Positions 19,354-28,618 are shown, counted from the stretch's first letter. The stretch is 64,000 bases of DNA from Candidatus Eiseniibacteriota bacterium (GCA_024276995.1 JAJRWB010000014.1:138751-202750), one strand, 5' to 3'. The notes: a model not told the origin generated them from the letters alone. Numbers and translations: made by a program.

Positions 19354-20079
19354 ATGGAGGAGATGGGACCGGGAATGAAGGAACAGATCGAAAAACTCCT
19401 CACGCTCCAGGGGCTCGACCTGAGGATCGCCGACCTCGAGGGGATGCTCGAATCGCTCCCCGGAGAAGTCGAGGCGGCCGCCGGGGAGCGGCTCGCGCTG
19501 GAGAGGGAACTCGCGGCGAAGAGGGCCGATATCGAAGCGGAAACTTTGAAGCGGCGGAGGCTGGAAGGCGATCTCGAGGGGAACTCGGAAGAAATCGCGA
19601 AGTTCAGCGTGCAGCTGAACGAGGTGAAGACGAACGAGCAGTACAACGCGCTACTCAAGGAGATTGACGACCGAAAGAAGAAGAATTCCGCCATCGAGGA
19701 GGAGATTCTCCTCGGCATGGACCGCGGCGAGAAGCTCGAGAAGGAGTGCGATGCCCTTTCCGTCGACGTGAAGCGGGCGGCTGAGAAAGAGAAAGAAGAG
19801 CGATCACGGGTGGAAAAGGAGTTGGAGGAGGTTTGGAAGGATCTGGTGAAGGCGAAGGAGGAGCGGTCGGTGGCGGCGGCGGCGCTCGAACCGAAAACGC
19901 TCTCCCGCTACGAACAGATTCACGGGAGATCCCGAACGCAGGCGGTCGCCAGGATCGACCGGGAAGCGTGCGAAGTCTGTTATCGCCGGATCCCCGCCCA
20001 GCGAATCATCGAGGTGAAGCGGATGAAGGCGCTCGTCAGCTGCGAAGGTTGCGGCAGAATCTTAGTGTGGACCGGATGA
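19354..20079 (+). CDS. coiled-coil C4 zinc-ribbon protein (COG1579/DUF164-like)
   Basis: 241 aa. A long Glu/Lys/Leu-rich coiled coil is followed by a C-terminal CxxC...CxxC (CEVCYRRIP...SCEGCGRILV). ATG 19375 is an alternative start. Confidence 0.8.
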   Translation: MEEMGPGMKEQIEKLLTLQGLDLRIADLEGMLESLPGEVEAAAGERLALERELAAKRADIEAETLKRRRLEGDLEGNSEEIAKFSVQLNEVKTNEQYNALLKEIDDRKKKNSAIEEEILLGMDRGEKLEKECDALSVDVKRAAEKEKEERSRVEKELEEVWKDLVKAKEERSVAAAALEPKTLSRYEQIHGRSRTQAVARIDREACEVCYRRIPAQRIIEVKRMKALVSCEGCGRILVWTG

Positions 20080-20606
20080 GCGACCCCCTTCCCGCCCTGA
20101 TCCACGAACTTCTCGAACATCCCCTCTGGGAGGATCTCGCCGGGAAGTATGGCGAAGACGCCGTCCGCCGCCTCCGGCGACTTCTTCGCGCCCGGGGCAC
20201 TCCCGCCGACGATCTGATCCTCTACTGCGACGGCGGGTCGAAGGGAAACCCCGGCCCCGCCGGGGGCGGCGGGGAAATCGTCGACCGCGGCGGTGTGCAG
20301 GTGGCGAGTTTCTCCGTCTACTTCGGCAGGGCGACCAATAACGTGGCGGAGTACAAGGCGCTCATCGAAGGCCTCGATCGCATCTCCGCGCTCGGCTGCC
20401 GCCGCGTGGAGATCCGCCTCGACAGCGAACTGCTCGTGAAGCAGGTGCGGGGGGAGTACAAAGTGAAAAGCCCCCACCTCGCCCCCCTTCATGCCGAGGT
20501 TCTTTCCCGCCTTCGCCCCCTCTCCTGGACGATTCGCCATGTCCCCCGCGAACAGAACAGCGTCGCCGACGCTCTCGCCAACCGGGCGATCGCCGAGGGA
20601 CGGTAG
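20076..20606 (+). CDS. rnhA: RNase HI-family ribonuclease (RNase H-like domain with about 45-aa N-terminal extension)
   Basis: 176 aa with LYCDGGSKGNPGPAG, NNVAEYKALIEGL, RLDSELLVKQV and EQNSVADALAN, which together give the DEDD catalytic pattern. ATG overlaps the upstream stop (ATGA). Confidence 0.85.
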   Translation: MSDPLPALIHELLEHPLWEDLAGKYGEDAVRRLRRLLRARGTPADDLILYCDGGSKGNPGPAGGGGEIVDRGGVQVASFSVYFGRATNNVAEYKALIEGLDRISALGCRRVEIRLDSELLVKQVRGEYKVKSPHLAPLHAEVLSRLRPLSWTIRHVPREQNSVADALANRAIAEGR

Positions 20607-20658
20607 AACCGCCCGGCGGCCGGCCGAAGGAGCGTGATCGGAGAATCAGGAAATCGGT

Positions 20659-20688
20659 TTCCATTCCCGGCGGTGGAATGACTATAAT
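20659..20688 (+). promoter_or_regulatory. candidate promoter of rnpB
   Basis: TTCCAT (20659-20664), an 18-nt spacer, then consensus TATAAT (20683-20688), about 8 nt upstream of the inferred RNase P RNA 5' end. Confidence 0.4.
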
Positions 20689-20696
20689 GAGGCGTG

Positions 20697-21088
20697 AAAG
20701 GGAAATCGCGGCACGAGCGGGACAGGTGATCGCGTGCGGTTCGCCGCACGAGGAAAGTCCGGGCTCCGAAGGGCAGGATGCTGGGTAACGCCCAGTGGGA
20801 GCGATCCTAAAGGACAGTGCCACAGAAAACAGACCGCCCGGTTTCTCGGAACCGGGTAAGGGTGAAACGGTGAGGTAAGAGCTCACCAGCGCCCCCGGTG
20901 ACGGGGGCGGCTCGGTAAACCCCATCCGGAGCAAGGCCGCATAGGGGAAGAGAAGTTGCCCGCTTCGTTCGATTCCCGGGTTGGCTGCTCGAGCCATGGG
21001 GCAATCCATGGCCTAGATGAATGATCACCCCCCCGCGTCGCGGGAGGACAGAACCCGGCTTACGGACCGCTCGGCCGCGCTTTTTCCC
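20697..21088 (+). ncRNA. rnpB: RNase P RNA, bacterial type A
   Basis: Conserved blocks GAGGAAAGTCCGGGCTCC, ACAGAAAACAGACCGCC, GGGTAAGGGTGAAACGGTGAGGTAAGAGCTCACCAG and ACAGAACCCGGCTTA are present. The 5' GGGAAATCGCGGCACGAGCGG pairs with the 3' CCGCTCGGCCGCGCTTTTTCCC to form P1. Ends are approximate, within about 5 nt. Confidence 0.93.
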
Positions 21089-21129
21089 GACGCCCGTGGC
21101 GACGCGGAAACCGACTGCAGGAGAGATGT

Positions 21130-22836
21130 GTGTCTGATCGCTGGAAAGTGACGGCCGAGCCCCCCGCCGGGGAAATCGGGAACCTCGCTACGGGACTGGC
21201 GGTTCGGCCCCTCCTCGCCAAGCTGCTGTGGATGCGCGGCATCACCACCGTCGAGGAGGGCCTCCGCTTCCTCGACCCGAGTCTCGACGACCTTCACCCT
21301 CCGTTCGAACTCTACGATATGGCGGTCGCCGTCGACCGGATCGTCCTCGCCATGGAGCGAAAGGAGGAGATCGGAATCTTCGGCGACTTCGACGTCGACG
21401 GCATCACGGGAACATCGCTCCTCCATCGGTTCTTTCAAAAACTGGGCGTCGAAACCCATTGCAGACTTCCGAATCGTCTTTCCGACGGGTATGGCCTCTC
21501 CCGCGCCGCCGTCGACGACCTCCGAGATAAAGGCGTCCAGCTCCTGATCACCGTCGACTGCGGCATCACGGCGGTGGACGAAATCGAATACGCCAACACT
21601 CTGGGCATGGAATGCATTGTCACCGACCACCACCAGCTCAAGGAAACGCTCCCCGATGCCCTCGCCGTGATCAACCCGCGCCGTCCCGAGTGCGCCTACC
21701 CTTTCACCGATCTCACGGGCGTGGGGTTGGCGTGGAAATTGGCCGACGCCGTGGGCGAGAGGATCGGCGAGGATCGCCGGCTCCTCATGGAGGATCTCGA
21801 TCTCGTCGCCGTCGGGAGCATCGCCGACGTGGCCCCCTTAAGGGGAGAGAACAGGATCCTCGTCTCCCACGGCATCGAGCAGCTCGCCAGAACATCGAAT
21901 CCCGGTTTTCGCCACCTCCTCGACGTGGCGGGGCTCTCCGGGAGGCCCCTCGGGTATGGTTCGATCGCCTTCAGCATCGCACCGCGAATCAACGCCGCCG
22001 GACGGCTCGGCGACGCGTGGCCCGCCTTCGAACTGCTTACCACCCACTCGGACGAGGTTGCGAGGAAACGGGCGATCGAACTCGATGAGACGAACCGGAA
22101 GCGCCAGGTGCTCGACCAGAGGATCTTCGACGAGGTGATGGCCGAACTCGACGCCGCCGGCGATCCGGGGGGTATCGTTCTCGCCTCGGAGAGATGGCAT
22201 GCCGGCGTCATCGGCATCGTCGCTTCACGGCTGAAGGAAAAGTATGCACGCCCGGCGGTGCTCATCGCTCTGAAGAACGGCTACGGCCGGGGAAGCGCGC
22301 GAAGCATACCCGGCTTCCCCCTTCACCTCGCCCTCGAGAAGTGCGGCGACCTGCTCGAGCGTTCGGGCGGCCACGCCCTGGCGGCGGGGCTCAAGGTGAA
22401 GGAGGAGAAGATCCCCGCCTTCCGGGAGCGGTTTCGGGAACTCTTCCTCGAAGTCGCCGCCGACGTCGAACCGCCCGGGACGGTCAGCTACGACGCGGAG
22501 ATCCCCCTGAGCCGCTGCGACGAGGAACTCTTTCACGAGATGGAAAGACTCGGGCCGTTCGGGCCCGCGAACCGAAAGCCGGTATTCCTCGCCAGGGAGG
22601 TCAGCTCGTTCGGCGGTTTTCGGAGGGTGGGGAAGAACCATGTGAAGTTTCACGTCACCCGCGATGGCGCGTCCCTCGACGCGATCGCCTTCCAGGTGGG
22701 CCACGACAAGGCGGCTCTTTGGAGCCGCTACGAGAGGCTCGACCTCCTCTTTTCCCTCGAAGAGAACCGGTGGGGCGGCAGGACGACGCTGCAGATGAAT
22801 ATCTGCGGTGTACGCGAATCGGAAGGCGGGCGGTAG
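21130..22836 (+). CDS. recJ: single-stranded-DNA-specific exonuclease RecJ
   Basis: 568 aa with DHH family motifs GDFDVDGITG, ITVDCGI and VTDHH, a DHHA1 domain and a C-terminal OB-like region. GTG start. Confidence 0.95.
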   Translation: MSDRWKVTAEPPAGEIGNLATGLAVRPLLAKLLWMRGITTVEEGLRFLDPSLDDLHPPFELYDMAVAVDRIVLAMERKEEIGIFGDFDVDGITGTSLLHRFFQKLGVETHCRLPNRLSDGYGLSRAAVDDLRDKGVQLLITVDCGITAVDEIEYANTLGMECIVTDHHQLKETLPDALAVINPRRPECAYPFTDLTGVGLAWKLADAVGERIGEDRRLLMEDLDLVAVGSIADVAPLRGENRILVSHGIEQLARTSNPGFRHLLDVAGLSGRPLGYGSIAFSIAPRINAAGRLGDAWPAFELLTTHSDEVARKRAIELDETNRKRQVLDQRIFDEVMAELDAAGDPGGIVLASERWHAGVIGIVASRLKEKYARPAVLIALKNGYGRGSARSIPGFPLHLALEKCGDLLERSGGHALAAGLKVKEEKIPAFRERFRELFLEVAADVEPPGTVSYDAEIPLSRCDEELFHEMERLGPFGPANRKPVFLAREVSSFGGFRRVGKNHVKFHVTRDGASLDAIAFQVGHDKAALWSRYERLDLLFSLEENRWGGRTTLQMNICGVRESEGGR

Positions 22837-24989
22837 TGGAGAACAGCCCCTCCGGCGACGTCCCCCTGGAACCGGAAATCGCCTTCCTTTCCCGGGAGAC
22901 TCTCGACAGGGAACTGCTCAACAGGGCCTACCGGTTCTCCCGGAAGAGTCACGCGGGCCAGCTTCGCCGTTCGGGGGAACCGTTCGTGATCCATGCGCTC
23001 GAAGTGGCGCGGATCCTCGACGAACTGCATCTCGACTCGGTGACCATCGCGGCGGGGCTTCTCCACGATACGGTCGAAGATTCGGAAGCGACCATCGACG
23101 ATCTCGAGCGGGAATTCGGCGAAGAGATCGCCCACTTGGTGAACGCGGTGACGAAAATCGGGGCCCTCCGTTTCGAATCTCCCGAAGCGCTTCACGCCGA
23201 TAACTACCGCAAGATGCTCCTGTCCATGGCGAAGGATATCCGGGTGATCCTGATCAAGCTCGCCGACCGTCTTAACAACATGCGAACCCTCGAGTTCCTC
23301 CCCGGAAAGAAGATCGAGAGGATCTCCCGGGAAACCCTCGAGATCTATGCTCCGCTCGCCCATCGCTTCGGAATCGCGATGATGAAGTGGGAGCTTGAAG
23401 ATTTGGCGTTCAAATATATCGATCCCCCCGCGTATCGATCCTTGGTGGAGGGGATCCGCTCGAAGCGCCAGGACAGGGAGCGGTATATCGAGGAGTTCAA
23501 AGAGCCGCTTATCCGGAAGCTGAAGGAGAACCATATCGAGGCGGAGATCATGGGGCGGCCGAAACATTTCTACAGCATTTACCGGAAGATGCGCATGCGC
23601 GACAAGACGCTCGACGAGATCTACGATCTCCTCGCCATCCGGGTGGTCACGCGGTCGGTCCACGACTGCTACCACGTCTTTGGCCTGATCCACACGCTCT
23701 ACACGCCGGTGCAGGACCGGATCAAGGACTACATCGCCACGCCGAAGTCGAACATGTACCAGTCGCTCCACACCACGGTGATCGGGCCGCGTGGGGAGAT
23801 GGTCGAGATACAGATTCGCACGGCGGAGATGAACGCCACCTCCGAGTTCGGGATCGCGGCGCACTGGCGTTACAAGGAGGGGAGGAAGAAGGAGAGCGCC
23901 CTCGACGAGAGGATGAAATGGCTCCGCCAGGTGCTCGACTGGCAAAAGGACCTCACCGACCCGAAGGAATTCATGGAACTGCTCCGCATTGATCTCTTCC
24001 AGCAGGAGATCTTCGTATTCACGCCGAACGGCGACCTGCGGCGTCTCGCGAAGGGGGCGACCGCGCTCGACTTCGCATTCGCCGTGCACACCGAGGTCGG
24101 CTACCACTGCATGGGCGCCAAGGTGAACGGGAAGATCGCGCCGCTACGCTACGAACTGAAGAACGGCGAAACGGTGGAGATCATCACGTCGAAGTCGGCG
24201 AACCCGACCCGGGACTGGCTCGACATCGCCCACACGTCGTCGGCGAGAAGCAAGATCCGGCGCTGGCTGAAGCAGGAGAACCGGGAGATCGAGAGCCAGA
24301 CGGGGCGGGAGAAGGTGGAAAGGGAGATGCGACGGAGCGGGGTGAAAGGCTCGGTGGAGAAGGCGCTCGCCCCTCACTGCGAGGCGCTCGGGTTCCAGGA
24401 GGTCGATCAACTTCTCGCCGCCGTCGGAAGGGGAGACCTCGCCGCTCCGGTGGTCGTCGCCCGGCTGATCGAGCGCCCGCCGTTGCCGACCGAGGAGGAG
24501 AAACTATCCCTTGAAAAGATCATCGATCTCACGCGCCGTTCGGAGCGGGGCGTCCGGATCCAGGGGGTCGACAACCTGCTCGTCCGCTTCGCCCATTGCT
24601 GCCAGCCGCTGCCGGGTGACCGGATCACCGGGATCATCACCCGAGGCAGGGGCGTTTCGATCCATCGCTCCGACTGCTCGAACGCATCGCCCACCCGGGT
24701 GGAATCGAACCGCCTCGTGCCGGTCGACTGGGATGTCGAGGGGGGACAGACGTTCCCGGTGAAGCTCGTCGTCTTTGCGAAAGATCGCGCGGGACTTCTC
24801 GGCGACATCGCGCGGGCGATCGGGCGGATCAAGACGAACATCCGCAGCGCCGACATGTCCTCCCAGGAGGCGGACGCTTTCGGCACATTCATCGTCGAGG
24901 TGACCGGCCTCGATCACCTGGAGAAGGTGACGCGGGTGGTTCTTAAGGTGAAAGGGGTCAGCGGCGTGGAGAGGCGGGACCTCCTCTGA
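22836..24989 (+). CDS. rel: bifunctional (p)ppGpp synthetase/hydrolase (RelA/SpoT homologue)
   Basis: 717 aa starting at GTG 22836, which overlaps the recJ TAG. It has the HD hydrolase motifs (HALEVA...LLHDTVEDS), the synthetase domain (YRSLHTTV-type block), and TGS and C-terminal ACT domains. The Arg-rich upstream part of track ORF 22194-24989 lies inside recJ and is discarded. Confidence 0.95.
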   Translation: MENSPSGDVPLEPEIAFLSRETLDRELLNRAYRFSRKSHAGQLRRSGEPFVIHALEVARILDELHLDSVTIAAGLLHDTVEDSEATIDDLEREFGEEIAHLVNAVTKIGALRFESPEALHADNYRKMLLSMAKDIRVILIKLADRLNNMRTLEFLPGKKIERISRETLEIYAPLAHRFGIAMMKWELEDLAFKYIDPPAYRSLVEGIRSKRQDRERYIEEFKEPLIRKLKENHIEAEIMGRPKHFYSIYRKMRMRDKTLDEIYDLLAIRVVTRSVHDCYHVFGLIHTLYTPVQDRIKDYIATPKSNMYQSLHTTVIGPRGEMVEIQIRTAEMNATSEFGIAAHWRYKEGRKKESALDERMKWLRQVLDWQKDLTDPKEFMELLRIDLFQQEIFVFTPNGDLRRLAKGATALDFAFAVHTEVGYHCMGAKVNGKIAPLRYELKNGETVEIITSKSANPTRDWLDIAHTSSARSKIRRWLKQENREIESQTGREKVEREMRRSGVKGSVEKALAPHCEALGFQEVDQLLAAVGRGDLAAPVVVARLIERPPLPTEEEKLSLEKIIDLTRRSERGVRIQGVDNLLVRFAHCCQPLPGDRITGIITRGRGVSIHRSDCSNASPTRVESNRLVPVDWDVEGGQTFPVKLVVFAKDRAGLLGDIARAIGRIKTNIRSADMSSQEADAFGTFIVEVTGLDHLEKVTRVVLKVKGVSGVERRDLL

Positions 24990-25060
24990 ACGGGAAGGAA
25001 AAGAAACCGTTTCCGGCGTACCATCTTTTTCAATCCCCCCTCCTCGACACGATCCGGAAG

Positions 25061-25711
25061 GTGCGCCACGTGGTGGTCGGCCGCCCGCGGGCGCCGGGAA
25101 TCGCCTCGTTCCACGGGGAACGGGGATCGCCCGGAGTGATCGCCGGCTGGGAAGGTGCGCCGGCGCCCTTCCTGCTCCGCCAGAGGCACACCGCCCGGGT
25201 GGTCGAAGCGCGCATGCCGCCCGGCGGGCCGGTCGTGGCGGACGGCGTGCTCGATCGCTCGGGCGGCGTCGTGCTGCGGGTGCTCACCGCCGACTGCGTC
25301 CCCCTCTTCCTCGTCGACCGCGCCTCGCCCGCCGCCGCTCTCGTTCACGGCGGCTGGCGCGGTCTCGCCGCGGGGATCGTCGAAGCGGCCCTCGAGCGCC
25401 TCTTCGCGTGGGGTGTGAAGGGGGCCGATCTCGTCGCGTGGATCGGTCCGTCGATCGGGCCGTGTTGCTACCCGGTGGGAAGAGAAGTGGCGGACGCCTT
25501 TTCTCCTGCCGCCGTGATCGGCGGCGAACGGGGAGAGCCTCTGCGGCTCGATCTGTATGCCGCGGTGCGGGAAATCCTCCTCGAAGGCGGCGTTCTTGCC
25601 GGTTCGGTCGAAAAACGCCCCCCCTGCACGAAATGCCGTTCCGACTTCCTCTACAGCCATAGAGGGGGCGGGTCGGGACGGAATGTGGCGCTCCTTTGGC
25701 GGACGGGGTAA
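25061..25711 (+). CDS. pgeF: YfiH/PgeF (DUF152, laccase-domain) family protein
   Basis: 216 aa with LTADCVPLFL, VHGGWRGLAAGIV, GPSIGPCCY and LYSHRG, the hallmark His/Cys/His motifs of the family. GTG start; no canonical in-frame start lies upstream. Confidence 0.85.
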   Translation: MRHVVVGRPRAPGIASFHGERGSPGVIAGWEGAPAPFLLRQRHTARVVEARMPPGGPVVADGVLDRSGGVVLRVLTADCVPLFLVDRASPAAALVHGGWRGLAAGIVEAALERLFAWGVKGADLVAWIGPSIGPCCYPVGREVADAFSPAAVIGGERGEPLRLDLYAAVREILLEGGVLAGSVEKRPPCTKCRSDFLYSHRGGGSGRNVALLWRTG

Positions 25712-25808
25712 AGAGTTGCACCCCTCTTCCCGATAAGAATACGTAGAGAACGCAGCAGCCGTCTGATCCCAGCTTCAGGCCGCTTCCGTGGGAGCGGCGG
25801 AGGTAGCG

Positions 25809-26153
25809 ATGAAGATCCATTGCAGTGAACACGAGAGCGTCATCGTGGCCCGCCTCGAGGGGGAACTGGACGCCGAGAACGTCGCCGTCCTTTCCGAGTT
25901 CTTCGAGACCGGACCCGGCAGCGACTACGTCCAGTTCGTTTTCGATCTTTCCGGGCTGGAGTACATCGACAGCTCCGGTCTCGGCGCGTTCGTCAAGCGG
26001 ATGAAGGAAGCCCGCAAGAAGGGGGGGGACGTGAAGTTCGTCGCTCCCTCGGAGGATGTGCGGAAAGTTCTCGAACTGACGAGACTCGACCGGGTGTTCG
26101 ACATCCGCGAAAGCAGCGAGGAAGCCCGTGAGAACTTCTGCACCGTCTCGTGA
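25809..26153 (+). CDS. STAS-domain anti-sigma-factor antagonist (SpoIIAA/RsbV-like)
   Basis: 114 aa from ATG 25809. GELDAENV...LEYIDSSGLGAF contains the conserved phosphorylatable Ser in DSSGLG. Confidence 0.85.
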   Translation: MKIHCSEHESVIVARLEGELDAENVAVLSEFFETGPGSDYVQFVFDLSGLEYIDSSGLGAFVKRMKEARKKGGDVKFVAPSEDVRKVLELTRLDRVFDIRESSEEARENFCTVS

Positions 26154-26595
26154 CAGAACAGCGCTCCGCCGGGTCCGACCGATCGTACTGGACAGCGATT
26201 TCAGGAACCTCGCCGCCGTGCGGCGGTGGCTCAGATCGGTGTGCGCCGCCGTTCATCTTCCGAAGGAAAGGGAAGGGGAACTGATGGTCGCCGTGGGGGA
26301 GGCGGTGACGAACTGCATGAAGCACGCCTATCACGGTGCGAAGGACGGCAGGATCATGATTTCGAGTTCCCTGGCGGAGGGCTACTTGAATGTCCACATC
26401 CGCGACTGGGGCGAGACATTCGACACCGGCCTGTACAACGCGCCCGATCTCGGCGAAGCCCACGAGGGGGGATACGGCGTATTCCTGATGAAGGAGATGA
26501 CCGATCGGCTCGAGATCCGGACCGACACTCCCCCGGGGACAGAGATCATTTTGGGCAAGCGGCTCCCGCCGGACGATGAAGTAGGCCGACATTGA
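26128..26595 (+). CDS. anti-sigma regulatory Ser/Thr kinase (SpoIIAB/RsbW-like, HATPase_c)
   Basis: 155 aa with N-box GEAVTNCMKHAY and G-box EGGYGVFLMKEM. It overlaps the STAS gene by 26 nt. Confidence 0.8.
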   Translation: MRTSAPSRDRTALRRVRPIVLDSDFRNLAAVRRWLRSVCAAVHLPKEREGELMVAVGEAVTNCMKHAYHGAKDGRIMISSSLAEGYLNVHIRDWGETFDTGLYNAPDLGEAHEGGYGVFLMKEMTDRLEIRTDTPPGTEIILGKRLPPDDEVGRH

Positions 26596-26637
26596 GCGGA
26601 ACCGCCGGGCGGTTCGCGTGTCAGGAGGGATGACCTG

Positions 26638-27027
26638 TTGGAAAAGCCGAAAGTCCTCGTGGTGGACGACGAGCCGTTTATCCTGAAATCACTCGTTTTC
26701 ATCCTGAAGAAAGAGGGCTTCGACGTGATCACCGCCACCGACGGCGAGGCCGCTCTCGAGAAGATTCGAACCGAACGTCCGGCGCTCACCTTTCTCGACC
26801 TGATGATGCCCAAGCGCGACGGTTACAGCGTCTGCACCGAGGTGAAGGCCGACCCCGACCTCGCGTCACTCCATGTCGTTCTCCTGACGGCACGCGGGCA
26901 GGAGTCGGATCGACAGCGCGGCTTCGCCGCCGGCGCGGACAACTATATCACCAAGCCTTTCTCCCCTTCGAAGGTGATCGCCCTTGCGCGGTCATTCTTC
27001 ACGGAACCCGCCGGCGAATCCCTTTGA
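26638..27027 (+). CDS. stand-alone response-regulator receiver protein (CheY-like)
   Basis: 129 aa with VLVVDDEPFI, the phospho-acceptor context FLDLMMPKRDG, LLTARG and YITKPFSP. There is no output domain. TTG start. Confidence 0.9.
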   Translation: MEKPKVLVVDDEPFILKSLVFILKKEGFDVITATDGEAALEKIRTERPALTFLDLMMPKRDGYSVCTEVKADPDLASLHVVLLTARGQESDRQRGFAAGADNYITKPFSPSKVIALARSFFTEPAGESL

Positions 27028-27127
27028 CTTCCCGCAACTTCCTCTCCTAAGCTGAAAAGGGACGGTGCGCCCCGTCGAAGAGCGTGGCGCCGTCATCTCC
27101 ATCCACCCACTGCATGGGAAACGATCG

Positions 27128-27565
27128 ATGCGCGTGGTGCTCCAGCGGGTTTTGGAAGCGTCCGTCACCGTGGACGGCGAAACGGTCGGCACGATCGGTC
27201 CCGGCGTCGTCGTTCTCGCGGCGATCCGCAAGGACGACACCGTCGAGCAGGTTCGAAAGATGGCGGAGAAGTGCGTCCATCTCCGGATCTTCCCCGGCGA
27301 GGGAGGGCACTTCGAGCGGTCGGTGCTCGATCGGGGGGGCGAGATCCTCGCCGTTTCCCAGTTCACCCTCTACGGCGACTGCCGCAAGGGGAGACGGCCG
27401 AGCCTGGCGGCGGCGGCGAGGCCGGAGAGGGCGAAGGAGCTGTTCGACCTTTTCGTCGACCGCCTCCGCGACCTCGGCGTGCCGACCGCCGAGGGGCGTT
27501 TCGGGGCGCTGATGCGGGTGCACCTCGTCAACGACGGCCCGGTGACCTTCGAGGTGGAGTTCTGA
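27128..27565 (+). CDS. dtd: D-aminoacyl-tRNA deacylase
   Basis: 145 aa from ATG 27128. It has MRVVLQRV, SQFTLYGD and a C-terminal NDGPVTF. Confidence 0.93.
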   Translation: MRVVLQRVLEASVTVDGETVGTIGPGVVVLAAIRKDDTVEQVRKMAEKCVHLRIFPGEGGHFERSVLDRGGEILAVSQFTLYGDCRKGRRPSLAAAARPERAKELFDLFVDRLRDLGVPTAEGRFGALMRVHLVNDGPVTFEVEF

Positions 27566-28197
27566 TGCCGCCGGCGCCGCTTCACCCGGTCTGGTCGTTT
27601 CTCGACCGGCCGCTCACCCTCGTGTCCCGCTCACCGCGACGCCGGGAAATCCTCGATCGGCTCGGCGTGCCCTTCGTCCCCGTCTTTCCGCGGGAGGTCC
27701 CCGAGGAAATCCGCTCGGGCGAGACGGCCGGGAGGTTCGTCGTCCGCGTGGCGAAGGAGAAGGCGCTGAGCGTATCGGCGGCGGGGGAGGAGCGGATTCT
27801 CGTCGGGGCGGACACGGTGGTCGTTCTCGACGGCGTGATCCTCACGAAGCCGACCGACCGGGCCGATGCGGCCGGAATGCTCGGTCGTCTTTCGGGACGG
27901 ACCCACACGGTGGTCACCGGAGTGGCGGTGATTCACGAGGGGAACGGCCGGCGGGCGTCGGGCGCGGAAAAGACGCGTGTCACTTTCCGCCGACTCGGCA
28001 GGGGCGAGATCGACCGCTACGTCGCGACGGAAGAGCCGCTCGACAAGGCGGGAAGCTACGCCATCCAGGGTATGGGCGGCCTGTTCGTCGATCGGATCGA
28101 GGGATGCTACTATAATGTTGTCGGCCTCCCGGTGACACAACTTGGAGTGCGCCTTTGCGCGGTCTGCTCCGCGCCGAAGAGAAGCGAAGGGGCGTGA
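27565..28197 (+). CDS. maf: Maf-like nucleoside triphosphate pyrophosphatase
   Basis: 210 aa with LVSRSPRRREIL, GADTVVVLDG, KAGSYAIQG and NVVGLP. ATG overlaps the dtd stop (TGATG). Confidence 0.9.
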   Translation: MPPAPLHPVWSFLDRPLTLVSRSPRRREILDRLGVPFVPVFPREVPEEIRSGETAGRFVVRVAKEKALSVSAAGEERILVGADTVVVLDGVILTKPTDRADAAGMLGRLSGRTHTVVTGVAVIHEGNGRRASGAEKTRVTFRRLGRGEIDRYVATEEPLDKAGSYAIQGMGGLFVDRIEGCYYNVVGLPVTQLGVRLCAVCSAPKRSEGA

Positions 28198-28198
28198 T

Positions 28199-28618
28199 AT
28201 GTCTGTTTATACAATGACCGTTACGATCGAAAGCGAAGGGAGCGACGACATCGCCGACGTGACCGCCTCCCTTCGAAAAGCGGTGGCCGACAGCGGTTTT
28301 TCCGACGGCACGGCGACGGTTTTCGTTCCCGGGTCGACCGGGGCGGTGACGACCATCGAGTACGAGCCGGGCGTGGTGAACGATCTTCGATCGGCCCTCG
28401 AAAGGGCGGTTCCCAAGGAGATCGATTACGCCCACGACCGCGCGTGGGGCGACGGGAACGGATACTCCCACGTGAGGGCGGCGTGGATCGGCCCGTCGCT
28501 GACGGTTCCCTTCACCGCGGGAGAACTGCTTCTCGGGACATGGCAGCAGGTGGTCATCGTCGATTGCGACAACCGGCCGCGAAGCCGGCGCGTCGTTTTC
28601 CAGATCATGGGGGAGTGA
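28199..28618 (+). CDS. yjbQ: YjbQ/UPF0047 family protein (secondary thiamine-phosphate synthase-like)
   Basis: 139 aa with VFVPGSTGAVTTIEYEPG, NGYSHVRAA and LLLGTWQQVVIVDCDNRPRSRRV. Confidence 0.85.
   Translation: MSVYTMTVTIESEGSDDIADVTASLRKAVADSGFSDGTATVFVPGSTGAVTTIEYEPGVVNDLRSALERAVPKEIDYAHDRAWGDGNGYSHVRAAWIGPSLTVPFTAGELLLGTWQQVVIVDCDNRPRSRRVVFQIMGE

Noticed and set aside
22194-22835. N-terminal extensions of track ORFs that would make giant proteins: 22194 for rel, 34462 for dxr, 47485 for gatB, 37693 for bamA, 57487 for the YfhO-like gene, 27271 for maf and 29893 for rpsI
   Set aside because: The extensions are alternate-frame readings of the upstream gene and are Arg/Gly/Pro-rich. In every case homology begins at an internal ATG/GTG/TTG placed at or within a few nt of the upstream stop codon.
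25710-25719. Shared 10-mer AAAGAGTTGC immediately at the stop codons of pgeF (25710-25719) and mtnA (29711-29720). Each is followed by a CCCTCT-like stretch, which suggested a common promoter or UP-like element
   Set aside because: Exact 10-mer repeats are expected many times by chance in 64 kb. There are only two copies, with differing downstream spacing and weak -10 candidates. That is not enough to call a motif.
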